This document shows positions 1-12,539 of a stretch of DNA of 64,000 nucleotides, piece by piece. Origin of the DNA: Epiperipatus broadwayi (taxonomy: Eukaryota; Animalia; Onychophora); the NCBI GenBank assembly GCA_028023455.1, contig JAQFVV010000010.1:4154001-4218000 (forward strand), read 5' to 3'. Each line of letters begins with the position of its first letter. Position 1 is the stretch's first letter. The notes under the pieces are model-generated. The model searched no databases. It saw only the letters and a program-made list of their open reading frames with translations, and was not told the DNA's origin. The translations under genes were made by a program, and so were the position numbers.

Positions 1-2673
1 TGGTGGAGAAAGATGGAATGAATAAAGTACGGAAAATTAAGGTAGTTTGATAATGAAAAGAGAGTATGTAATAGTGATCACAATTTCTTTGTATTTGAAA
101 TGGTTAGTAATGTGATTGAGAATAGAAATAAAAGTACAAACCATAATGAAAGATGTGGATGGAGAGTGAATGACAAGAATAAGTTGGAAGAATATAAAAT
201 ACAAGTTGAAAAAACCATGGAAGCGTTAGTTAGAAATGAATATGAGGATTGGTGTGTTGAAATAGAAAAAGTGGCAAATAGGGCGGGCTTAAAGTGAGAC
301 TATTTAGAAGAATAAAAGTAATAAAAAAAATAAGAGTTAGTAAAAGTGTAAAAGAGAGGAAAAAAGCAAGCAGAGAATATAAGTGTGCTATTAAGGACAA
401 AGAAAGTGAAAAAGATATTAATGCTAAATGGGAAAAGTACTTAGAAAAGTTAGCTAAAATAGATAATTATAGAGAGAGAATGAAACGAAATAGTAAATTA
501 TTGGATGATATTAATAAAAGTGGAAGAGATGGGAGTAAAAAATTTTGGCATTTCATTAAAAGGATAAATTTAGAAAAGAGATAGTATTACTGGATGAGGA
601 TGGAATAGAGTGTAGCTCTAAAGAAGAATTAGAGAGAATATTGAATAGTTATGTAATGGATGTAGAAAAGATGTTAGATGTGAAAGACAGAGGGATAGAA
701 AATAGGAAAGCATATAGTAATGGGACTATTAGGTTTACAGAAAATGAACTGAATGAGGCAAGGAAGAAATTGAGAAGTGGTAAGGGAAGTGTTTAGATGG
801 ATGGGCAGCAGAGATGGTAATGAAGTTAGGGCATAGGGCAAAAGTAAAGTTATTATCATGTTTTAATAAGATGGCACAGAAGAGAGTTTTTCCGGGTAGT
901 TGGAGTTATGCAAGAGTAAGATTATTATTTAAAGGAAAAGGTAAGGATCATAGAAAGTTAAATAATTATAGACCGATAGCAGTAGCATCTGTTTTATATA
1001 ATGTTTTTTAATATATGGTGGCTGGAAGAGTTTCAAAGTGGATGGAAGAAAATAATGTAATTCGGGACTTTTATGGATATAGGAAGGCATATGATAGAGT
1101 GAATAGAAATAGATTATGAATAAGTTTAGCAAATCTGGGAATGAATGAAGCTGTAGTGGATGTTATTAAGAAATTATATGAAAATAATTACTATACATAT
1201 CAATTATGGAATATAGAATCAGTTGAAGTTAAAAATGAGGTGGGACTAAGCAAGGATACCCTATGTCACCTATTTTGTTTTTGTTGTATTCGAGTGAAAT
1301 GGAGAGAGCAATAGGAAGACTAGGAAGAGGGATAGAGATACCGTTAATAGGTGGCAAGGGAGTATATACATTGTTGGGTCCTTTTTTTTGCGGATGATGT
1401 CTTTTTGGGTGCAGAAAGAAGAGAAGATATGGAAGTTATTCTGAGGACATGTGCAAGGGTGGGTAAAGATATGGGGATTAAATTTAGTGAAGAAAAATCA
1501 AGTATAATGATGGTGAATACTGGGGAAAGAGAAGATTTCTTATTGGGGATATAAAGTTAAGTGTGGAGGATGGATTTAGTTATTTGGGAATCATCTTGAG
1601 TAATCAGAAAAATTGCTTGGATGAACACGAAAAAGAATTGATAAATGAAGCAAAGAAAAGAAAGGGATTGATAAAGAAATTAACAGTGTTTTCATATAAA
1701 AAATATGTAGCTAGAATTGTATGGAAGGGAGTGGCAGTAGTAGGTGTTAGTAAAGGGGTATTAGATTACTTAGAAAAAGTTCAAAGGGAAGTAGGAATAC
1801 AAGCATTAGATGCAGAGGTATGGACAGCAAAGGGGGCAATTCAAGGAGAAATGGGATGGTCAAGTTTTTATATGAGGGTTGCAAAAAGCAAATTGAAAAT
1901 GTTCAGTAGATTGCAGTTTATCGATAATAAAAGAATAGCTAAAATAGTATTTAATTGCAAGTAAAGGGCAGGCAACAAGATGGGTGAGAAAAGTAATATG
2001 GTATGCAGAAGATTTGGATAAAGAATTTGTGTCAGTATACTTGTACAAAAGGTGAGATGATTGTGTTAGGAGGATTGTTGAGGTTATAGTGGTATGGAGT
2101 GGGATAGAAGATTAAATGCATTAATAAAGAATAGGGAGTTGGAGAGATCGAGAACTAGTATGGAGAATAAAACTAGTTTAAATATATATAGAAGTAAATG
2201 GAACATTGGGTGTGAGTTAATTTATGATAATAATAACGAAAGTGGTTTATTGCTTAAGGCTCGAACGGGATCTTTACCAACAAGGGAATGTTCACGTAAA
2301 TGGAAAAATATGGGTGATTTAGTCTGCAAGTTGTGTAAGGAAGGCATAGAAAATATTAGGCATCTGTTATGCTTGGCAGCAGAAAAGGTTCAAATAATGA
2401 AGTTATGGGAGATTTAATATGAACAAAGTGATTATACAGAAAATGAGTTATTGGTTTTTATGCTAGGTTTGGGAAAAGATAAGGAGTATTAGATATCTGA
2501 AGGTCATGGCGTCGACAAAGATTATGTTGTGGAAATGGGATGGAGCAGATTATGGGAAAACTTAGGGTGGAGACTGGAAAGGGAAGATAAAGTGGCTAAC
2601 AGGTTTCTCTGGGCATAGTTCCGGAGAGATTCCTGACTACATATAAGGAGAAGTCACAGTGCATCACATCACA
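1..2673 (+). mobile_element. Decayed non-LTR retrotransposon (APE endonuclease end, RT, C-terminal Cys/His motif), running off the window start, with a (CACAT)n tail
   Basis: Fragmented frames give SDHN (~74), NYRPIAVASVLYNVF, YRKAYDRVNR, LFFADDV, FSYLGI, GEMGWSSF, KARTGSL and CKLCKEGIENIRHLL. There are many stops and frameshifts. The 3' end matches fragments at 42451 and 62445. Confidence 0.93.
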
Positions 2674-2685
2674 TGGAAAATTTTC

Positions 2686-5105
2686 ACAGGGAGAAGCCAG
2701 AATTCTTATTTATTGTTCAGATAATTGAGAAATAAAAGTACTAAGACAAACAGCCAAATTATTTGAGATAAATATAAATTATAAAATAAAAGCTTATAAT
2801 ACAACATATAGAGTTATATCAGGCTTGTACCAGAAATAATAAAATTCAACACTCTGGCAGACAGACTAATTTTCTAATAGTGAATTAAAAAAAAGGAACA
2901 AATTTTCTTCAGCTGACCATTCATCTATAATACTGGTTTCCTTATTCAAGGATATGAAAACAATAAGTTCTGGAAATAAATCAACGAAACAGTGTCGGTG
3001 AGCGTTTTTTGGCCTGGAAAAATGTGTCCGGACCAAGACCGTCATAATGCCGGTAGAACATCCCGCGATAATATCACGTTTAAGATTATGCACGGTTGAT
3101 TTACCCCATGAACAAAAAAAATAAATGAATAAATACGTCTGCATATAAATTATAAAACAGGAGGAAATTTACATCTCCATTTCAATGAAATAATAAAATC
3201 AGAAAATACCCCGACGTAAATGATTTCAAATTAATAACATATTAATTCTATGATTAAAGGAAAACAGACCTTTAAAACTGGTGAATCCCCAACCAAACGA
3301 TTGGCCAATACTAATAATTAGTGGTCTCAGTAGAAGACAAATAATTAGAAAACCAGTTACGTCTACCCAAGCATTTCAAGACAGTGAAATAATTATAATT
3401 ACAAATAAATTGATAAAGCAAGTTCTTAGTACATGCTCTGATAAAATTTGAAGCAACACATAAAAGACAAAATAAATCTAGTAAGCAAATATAAATGCTG
3501 ACCTAGATTTTTATCAGTCAATTTATCAGAGAGTGTATAAGAGTAGAAAATATTAAGACATTAAATACTTTAGCAGAAAGAAACTCTTTCATCTATAATT
3601 TACAAGGGGATTAATGTTATCTTCCTGCTGGCGATTTATAAAATTACAAAGAACAATTCCAGTTTCCCATTTTGGAGACATAAACACAAATACGGTCTTG
3701 CAGGGAATCAACGAAACCAGCACGGACAAGCTCACATTAGTTTATGGACTAATGAGGTCATAATGCCGTAGGACTGTTGCACGTTATACTACATTTAAAA
3801 CAAACATGATTGATTTCCAACAAGATGAGAAAAATATGATTACGGCCTTACGTAATCTAGGAAAAGAAGAAACAAAATCTCTAAAAACGGAAAACCAAAA
3901 CAATAAACCGCCAGCCAAAAGATTTTGCGGTTTTATAAAAGTGCAAACACAAAATTTTAAATCAATTATTGGACAGTAAAATAAATACAGGTGAGCAAAT
4001 TAAAATTATGCAAGACTGCTAAAGCATTTAGAAAAAGTTAGGCATATAAAGAGATATGTTAAGCCTATAAAAATATAAACTCACAAGACACTCTCCGATA
4101 AATAAAATTGAAAGCAAACTTGGAATCTTAAAACTAAGACTCCAAGACACTATAAATACAATGCAAAGCAAATACAGTTAATAAATAGGAGATTAAGTAA
4201 TTATAAAGTCTACAAATTTATTTTAGATTGAGCGGAGATTTAAATAAAAGAATTTACCTTCAAAAGAATAAAAGAAAGTATTTACCGTATGGTAAAGCAA
4301 AGTTCGCTTAGTTTTCCTAGCATGCACACTTTTGTTTAAGTTCATATGTTAGATGTTCCATCCTTTTACAGCAGGAAGTGTAGAGGTATATTGGGGGTCC
4401 GGTTTATTTTAGACTTATAGCATGACCGGAGGACAGCTGGCAGACATGGATCCGTCTTGGTTTAAGCTAGCAACGCATATTGTTGATTACAAACGTACAG
4501 TAGTATATTTTGACATCTTGTGAAGAAACCAAAATCTTTTAACAACTGCAAGAAATTAAATGTCCGAACTGCTACCAATATGGTATGAATCTCAGCAGCA
4601 TAATCGAAAAACTATTGTCCAAAATTTGCGAGGTTATTTATACCCACACTACATTTCCTGCGTAAACTTTTCTTGTTTTCGAATTCTACACCTTAGGGCA
4701 GGGCAAATCTCAGCCTTCTGCTCAAACTAATTAGGAATTCTAACCAGGGATTATTTTAAAAAAAAAACAACAACACAAAATTAAATCTTTGCTTTTAGAA
4801 TTAACTTTAAAATGATTAAAATAAAAGAGACAGTAATGTAATTAAAAAAGTTTTTTTGTTTTTAATCAATTTGATTAAAAAATAAAATAAAACAAGCAGT
4901 AACAGAAAACTATTTTAAAACCAATTTTATGTAATAAAAAAATAAAATGATATATTTTAAACATAAACCAGTATGTGTTCTAATACACATACTCCTATAA
5001 ACAATTTTTTAAATAGTTATATAAATTTAACTTTAATCAAACCAAAAGTTAGTTTTATTTTTAGTGAAGCAACTTTTGAGATGGTTGATATGCGGTTCAA
5101 TACAT
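2686..5105 (+). mobile_element. Unclassified ~2.4-kb interspersed element, copy 1 (decayed coding remnant of an unknown protein)
   Basis: Colinear by eye with 55559-57985 along its whole length. It has an internal duplication (~2800-3160 vs ~3520-3860). The 3' part translates as SVEVYWG..SWFKLATHIVDYK..QNLRGYLY..EFYTLGQG. Confidence 0.75.
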
Positions 5106-5644
5106 TCAAAAAATAAAACATTAATTCTATGGTATTGATTTTAAAACCAAGAAAGCATACAATGGATGCAAAAAAATGATGTGTGCCAATAACCAAAAGT
5201 TAACATTTTATATTAAAATAAAAAATTATATTTTTGTTAGTTTTTTTTAATGAAATGAAGTTATATATTTTATAAATTCGCATAAACATAAAAAAATAAT
5301 AAATTAAAAAAAAATAGAAAATTAAAAACATCTTGTAGGTATTGCATCTCCATATTAAAAATAGAATAAGTTATGGCAATGAGAAATGACATATCTAAGT
5401 TCATATTAAAATCATTAAATATGACTTTTGATTTGGAAATATATATTATATAGTGCTTTCCTAATGTAAATTTAAAATAAACATTTTAAAATTAATTTTT
5501 ACCTTCTAACATTAGATTGAATTTATATGCAATGGTTAAATATCCAATATAAAAATAATTATTTGTCCACAATGTTGTTATTGATATATACTTAACATAA
5601 TAATCAATCTAAATAAAATTGAAACAATGAATTATATTTACAAT

Positions 5645-7095
5645 TATTTAATTGTCAACCCAGTTTTCATCTTTTATTGAGACCGTTTCAAGATATAAAG
5701 TTTTATACATCTCACGATCTATTAATTACATTTACTCCACCTGTTAGATATTATTTTACCTTCAACAATATAAACATTATACGTATAAACATAAATAGAT
5801 GACAAAATAAAAATACATAAAAATAATAATAATAACAATACATATACATATATTTTAATATAGCTATATAAATAAATATTCTATTCCCCTCTTCTTTTAT
5901 AAACCCTCATTCACAATTCTACCATGACTTTTTTGCCATAACTTTTAAATCTTCCAATTATCTAATAACACCTATTTCCCACTTAAATTTGTTAGACTTT
6001 TAACTATATTTACACATCTATCCAAATTTTTCTGAATGTATCAAGTTTCATAATATATCCATTTTCAAATAATCTTTAACATGTTTTGTAACTTTAATAT
6101 TCTTTTCACACTCCATTTTATGACCAGTATCTAAATAATGTAAATATAGTCCTGACCTAATATCTCTCCTATTAATCGTCTATCACTTATCATTCGTCCT
6201 GTCTGTCCTATATATAACTTGTTACAACTTCAACATTCAATTTTATAAACCATTCCTCGCTTACTATTAATATTATCTATCCTATTTGTATTACATAACC
6301 ATCTACCCAAAGTCTTACTATTTTCCCCAATATATTCTTATATTATCTGGTAACGTCTCTTTTACTAAATTTTTATGTACTTCCCTTGAATACTGAATAG
6401 GCATCCACCTACAATGTTTATATTTATTCTTATCATACTTATTTCTACTATTTGTATTTTGATTTCTAAAAATAGTTTTAATTACTTTTTTTTTATATCC
6501 TATTTTAACATAATCATTTTCTACCTCTAATTTTTACTTATATGCCTCTTTCTTATCTAATGTAAGTTTATCATTCTTTAACTTAAATCTCTTTAAAACT
6601 TCTATTTTTTGACACCAGGGCTGATATCTATCTTTAATATAATGTGTTACCACTATTTCATTCATCATTCCTTTCTTCTCAAAATGTATTTTAATCCATT
6701 TATCTCTTTTTCCAACCTAATTTTATACTTATTATTATTCAATCCATTAAACACCTTATTAATACTTTTACTATTTCCAATAACAATAATATCCATATAC
6801 CTATAATAATCTATAATTCTTTTATTCCTTAGAAATTCAGCTACTATACTATCCTCTACTCTACTTACAACTATTGATGGTAATATCCCACTTATCGAAC
6901 ACCCCATGACCCATCCTTTTCTGTACTTCAAAATTTTTCCTTATATTTAAAATGCAAAGCCTCATCTACCATTAATAATGTTTCATAAATAATATATATA
7001 CAATCATCTGACAAAACATTACATATTTTCAATTTAATCATAACTATTTCTATACTATCCTTTCTAGGTACACTTTGGTTCATTTTCTCAATATC
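5645..7095 (-). mobile_element. Penelope-like element remnant (RT + GIY-YIG endonuclease)
   Basis: Minus-strand DIEKM..SVP, GWVMGCSISGIL and YYRYMDII (PLE RT motifs); GMVYKIEC..CNKLYIGQTGR at ~6256-6195 (GIY-YIG). Confidence 0.92.
5677..5720 (-). ncRNA. Heavily decayed hammerhead-like motif in the PLE 3' region
   Basis: Minus strand cgTGAGAtg-tataa-aact-ttata-tctt-GAAACG-GTC. The GAAAC..GUC part is retained but CUGANGA is broken. The position matches where PLE pLTR hammerheads normally lie. Confidence 0.3.
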
Positions 7096-9259
7096 ATGGT
7101 TTTTTTAAACATTTTTATCTCTGTATTATATTGTATAAGTTGTGTCTTTGTGTGGATTTTTTTTTTTTTTGAGAATTTATATATGATTTTTTAGACATAA
7201 TTTATTATTGTATTGTATAGTTGTTTTAAAAAAATTAATTGTTAATATATATATATTGGAGTAATATTGGTCTTATTAGGTTAGGAAGGATAGAGTAGAG
7301 TGTAATTTAGAATAAGAAACAAAGTAAAATAATATGAGAATTAATAGTATAATATCCAGGATAAAAAAGGATTAAAAGTAGGTATAACCTGCATAAATAA
7401 TGTGTAAGTGAAGGAATGACATGTTCTGTATAGAACCAATAATTATTTATTTCAATAGCTAATATAACTTATGAATTGAAAGGAGGTAAAGAATTATTAT
7501 ATAATAAACTAATATTGTTGTGGTCAAATAGGATGGGTGTGTGTGTGATGTTCTAAAATTTATTATTGCTGCTTTCAAGTTGATAAAGATCTACAAAATG
7601 AAAAAGATACTGATATAAAATCAACATGTAAAATAACACATATACTTATATCCCAATATATGCATTATAACAATAGAGGAATATCTTTGAAACCTCAGGA
7701 GTAAGAAAAGTAGAGTAGGTAAATGATTTTAATAAAAGAAAAGTTTCACAAAGATTATTCATCTACTGAATGCTTTATGATTAATCATCATTAAATATTG
7801 ATAAATATGAAACATTTGTATCTACTGTATTGTACTTGACCAATTTTGATAATATTTTGAGAAGTTGGTCTTGATGAATAAATTTAAACACAAATAAATT
7901 TTGTAATTCTGACTTGTATATAATTATAAATGAAAGGAAATAGAGAAATAATAATTTAGTCAATTTGGAATTTAACTGATAGAGAACTAAGTTTTACAAA
8001 ATTTTAATTGAAAAAAAAAATTCAGAAAACTTATGAATAAATATATTAATCTGTTAAGCAAAGCATATTAAAACGTTGAATAATTCTTGAATATATTGGA
8101 AATCAAACTAGCGATTTACGAATACAGATAAATCTAGATGTAAATTGAAATATATAAGAATTGATTGCATTCTAAGCCATAATTTATTAACATTTATAAA
8201 TCAAAATTTAGTGGTTTTCTTTAAGAAAGTGTAGAAACAAAATGATTTGGATTATGTACGTACATGATACGTCATATATATATATTTTTTTTCAATGGAA
8301 TTTTCAAAGTATTTAGTTTTTACAATTTTTTATTTTTTAAACATTTTTTTTTATAGAAAATAAAAAAAAAAAGCCATAGAGAAGTTATATATCAAGTTTT
8401 TTAAAGTAAATTGATAAATGTTTTAAATTATTTACAAAATTAATAGTTGCACTTTTATATTTAATTAAATTATCTCTATGTTAAATTATTTTCAATTGTA
8501 AATAAAAAAATAAGTTTATCAGCACAATATCAATTAAATTTTTAAATATTGGTTTGTAAAAGAAATTAACCATATAAAATATATGTTGTGCATGTTTTTG
8601 CTTTCAATATATATATATATGCACATGTATGTAAATAGACCAAATTCAATTATTGATATATCTATTTTTATCAATGTTATAAATACATATTTTGAAAACA
8701 AATTATTACATAATCATATATTTATATTTTTAAGAAGGAAAGACGTAAGTAGATGTTTTTTACCTAGAACTTTGATCCTGTTGAAACTGAAAATTCTTAT
8801 TTATATATTATAATCATATTAACCCAAGAGCAGCCCACATTGATTTAATTACTAATGATTTGAATAACATATGTATGTGCACACATATATGCAGTAAAGA
8901 AGTTGCCCACAAGTCTAAAAAAAATTATTACTGTATATTATCAACCATTTACTCTGTAATATGAGAATAAAAAAAATAATAATGAATGAGATTGTAAAAG
9001 AAGAAAAAGAAAGCATTTTTTAGATTTTTTTGGTTTTAGCTGTACTGAATCGATTTATAAATAAAATTTTGTTGGTTCCTATAGAAAATAGAATGGTGAA
9101 TTGAAATCTAAGATCAAAAATTAAGAATTAACAATATTGGAGAAATTAGAAATAAAAAAAGGCAGAGAAGAATTTTATATTTTCCTGCATTGGGAACGAG
9201 TGTAGCTATTTCTTCTTTTGATATAAAATAATATAATATTACAAGCTTGGTTCCGCCAC

Positions 9260-11700
9260 ATATTTTAAAAGAGAACTGGGGTCCGAGATATTAGAATGAT
9301 CTATATTATATTTCGAATAATAGTTGTATATATTATAAATACATATTTGTTTTAATTAATAAATATTTAATTGTAATTTTAAAAGTCTGTTTATTATAGT
9401 CACGCACAAACACACCAGTTTGTCGCAGTCACGACACAATCTTACCTTTGTTGCTTAGATCTTTGTTATTAAATATTAAAATTTGACAGCTAACATTATT
9501 AGTGCATTAATAAAATAAATTAAAGAATCAAATGTGAGTGATTATTCAACTATAAAGACAGGATCCCCCCTCCTTTGCATGACTTGTGACAGCTATTGAT
9601 AGTGTACCAATAGAATTTTTTTAAAAAATCAAACACAAGAGGTTACTATTTAAGTATAAAGAAGAGACCAGAAAAAATACTCGCTTAGAAAAAATATCAA
9701 AATGGCTAAAACTGACCCATTAGACCAAGGAGTGTGATCTGGCCTACCCTGGAAATTAGACACCCTACATGGATCGAGTGCCTTTCTATATGCAAACTAA
9801 TCAAATCAAAAAAATCTCATTTAAATTAGCCGCGTTTATGTCTGTGGTTCTCACATCTATGAGATATTACATGCAACTATTTCTGGTGAAGCTTCATTTC
9901 AATAAAGCATTATCTCTATTGTCAAACTTTTTCTGACCAAAACCCTTAACAGTAATGCAGGGATATCTCCTCAATCTCTGTGCACAAGGATAAGGGCAGA
10001 AAATTGAAGATTCAGAAAGCTAAACTCTTAACTGCGACTTTAAGGCTACCTCATTGAAGCTGCTAGAGATTGTTTCAGTTATGGAATGAAAGACCACAGC
10101 TTTAAGATCAAGCTCTTGGATGGACTGATATCACAGTTCATTCACCTGTCTCTCAGGCAATTGTTGACAGCGAATCAGACCATTCCATTGAAGAAAATGG
10201 ATTTCAGTATTAAATTTGTCTATGAAGAAAACTGCGTCAAACAAACATTCAGCTGATAATAAAAACACTGCCCAAATGCAAAAATCAAATGAAAAAAAAA
10301 TATTATAGATGTGATAAAGCACAACACGCATATACCAAATGTCGACACTAGGTTACAGTATGCAGATATGGTAGGCATGTTATTCACATAGAAACTGCTT
10401 GTTTTAAAAAGAAAAAGCAAGTTTCTCAAGAAAAAATGGAAGAGTCCATTTCAAAAAGCCAATAGGGCAATATAAAATCAACAATGTCTGTATAAATAAT
10501 GTGAGAGGCATTGATTTGGCTTTCGGTAACAAAATTATTATCAATGCCATTAACAATAGAACTGGACACTGGGTTTGCAGTGTCCATTGTATCAAAAATA
10601 TGTGCATTATCTTTAATAGAAAAAATAATCATCAACTGCATCCTAATAATTAAATAATTATTAACTATCAAGGCAATTAAATATTTTTGGATTAACAAGG
10701 TTTATAGTTACTGTTTCTGGTAAAACAATTTGTTTGCCTCCTGTTATTTCTGCTGATAAACATAATGTATTAAGCCGCAACTGGTTCAATTATTTGGGCT
10801 TTACAATGACTAAAGTGAAACAGCTCACAAAAATAAAATCAAAATGGGTCTATCCAGAAGTGGTTGATGATAAACTGGGTTTGAATTCTAGGAAAACCCT
10901 GGAAAATAAAAGTGCTGAAATGTGTATTGCTTAAGTACTATGTATTATATTTATCAAATCGGTTCCAGTAATTGTAATCAAATTAAAAGGATTACAAATC
11001 CACAAGCACAGAACCAGCTAAGATTGAACTTTACGTCACCACCCAACAGACTATAGTCACTAATTAACAGTAAAGAGTCACCTGCTTGCAATGATGAGTC
11101 TACAAAGTTACCAGATCAACAAATGGAGTCAACAGATCTGCTGATGAAATCTCTGAACCTGATGAAGCCAGAAAGCTATAAAGACATTCACCGAAGCATT
11201 TTAATGACTACATTCTCCAGGGCTAATTTTAGCCAGGAATAAGAAAGGTTATATTTCAACTTATCTAACTAATGGACTTGTCCAGATTCCATCTTATGTT
11301 GATTGATAGAACATTCATCGCTACAACCCAATAGATGTATGAATGGATAACATATATCTAATAGAAGAAACAAAACAATCAGTGAAAATGTTCAGTAAAT
11401 CTAAAATGGAAAAGAATCTAGCAACAAATAGTCAGTCCAGTTAAAGGTGAAGGGGACAACATACGTGTTATTCACTACATTGTTAAAGTACTTAGGCAAG
11501 TTCACATTAGAACTGGAAGTTTGTAGAACCTAAGTCAGTCATGAGGCAAGCTATCACAGTACAGCTGAAAGTGGTAGGTAAACCTAGATCACCTGACTCA
11601 CTTCGTTCTATAGTTGCATGGCTAGTTGTATATATTATAAAGACATATTTGTATATGTTTTAAGTAATAAATATTGACTCGTTATTTTACTAGTCTATTA
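9260..11700 (+). mobile_element. Internally deleted Ty3/gypsy LTR retrotransposon remnant (gag, protease)
   Basis: Gag-like PYMDRVPFYMQTNQI..KLAAFMSV (~9770-9850); protease ELDTGFAVSIVS (10559-10594); NVLSRNWF. A direct repeat tagttgtatatattataaa.acatatttgt..taataaatatt at ~9321 and ~11623 looks like LTR remnants. RT is not visible. Confidence 0.8.
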
Positions 11701-12539
11701 TAATTATGCATAAACAATATATTGTATAGTATAGTACATTTTCTACATATTTAAAAAGCATTTTTAATTATTCAACATTGAACATTAAGATAGAGTTAAT
11801 ACATTTTTATAATGTAGTAGGTACTGCCAGAAACTTTGTGTCCTTAGGTTATTGCATTTGTATGCCATCTAAAAAAAAAGATTTCTGTTATTCATCTTTG
11901 TATGATATAAAAAAGAATGCATAAATATTAAACCAGTGGCTATGCTCACTAGCATTTATTATAAACAAATATGCTGATAACCTAATATATACAATTAACC
12001 AACAGTGCTACCTAGTCTTATATAATCTAAATTACAAGCAGATGAAAAATGGTTTATTTGCTAACAATTTAGACTAATTTTAGATAACTTTGCCGATTAT
12101 ATATATATATATATGATTGTTATATTTGTTTATAAGAAACATCAGTTAGCTTTATTCTTGGGTTTAGTTTATTTGATTAGGTAATGGTAGTTCGTAAGAT
12201 AATTAAAACTTTCACATTAATGTTAATTTATAAATGAAAATTAAAAAATTGAGTTGCCATTGTAATATTTTTCATTTATTTTAATATTCAAAGGTAGTAT
12301 TTTAGCTGCAGTCTCATTACAAGATTAAACAAACAGAAAGAAAATGGGGCCACTGCTAGTAATTTAGATAACATTGCTTCTTAATTGTCCACGATGTGTT
12401 CTAGGGGAAAGGTAACTGGTTCTTTCTTCAAACTGCCTGCAACATTTCAGAATCATTGCACATATTATGTAGTGACATAGTTTAATTATTCACAAAAATT
12501 TTAAGGTATTAATATGTCTAGATTATGAATGACATAAAA

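Noticed and set aside
2800-3860. Alternative genetic code (TGA=Trp) to explain shared stops in the unknown element
   Set aside because: Shared TAA and TAG stops and a shared frameshift remain, so recoding does not open a frame.
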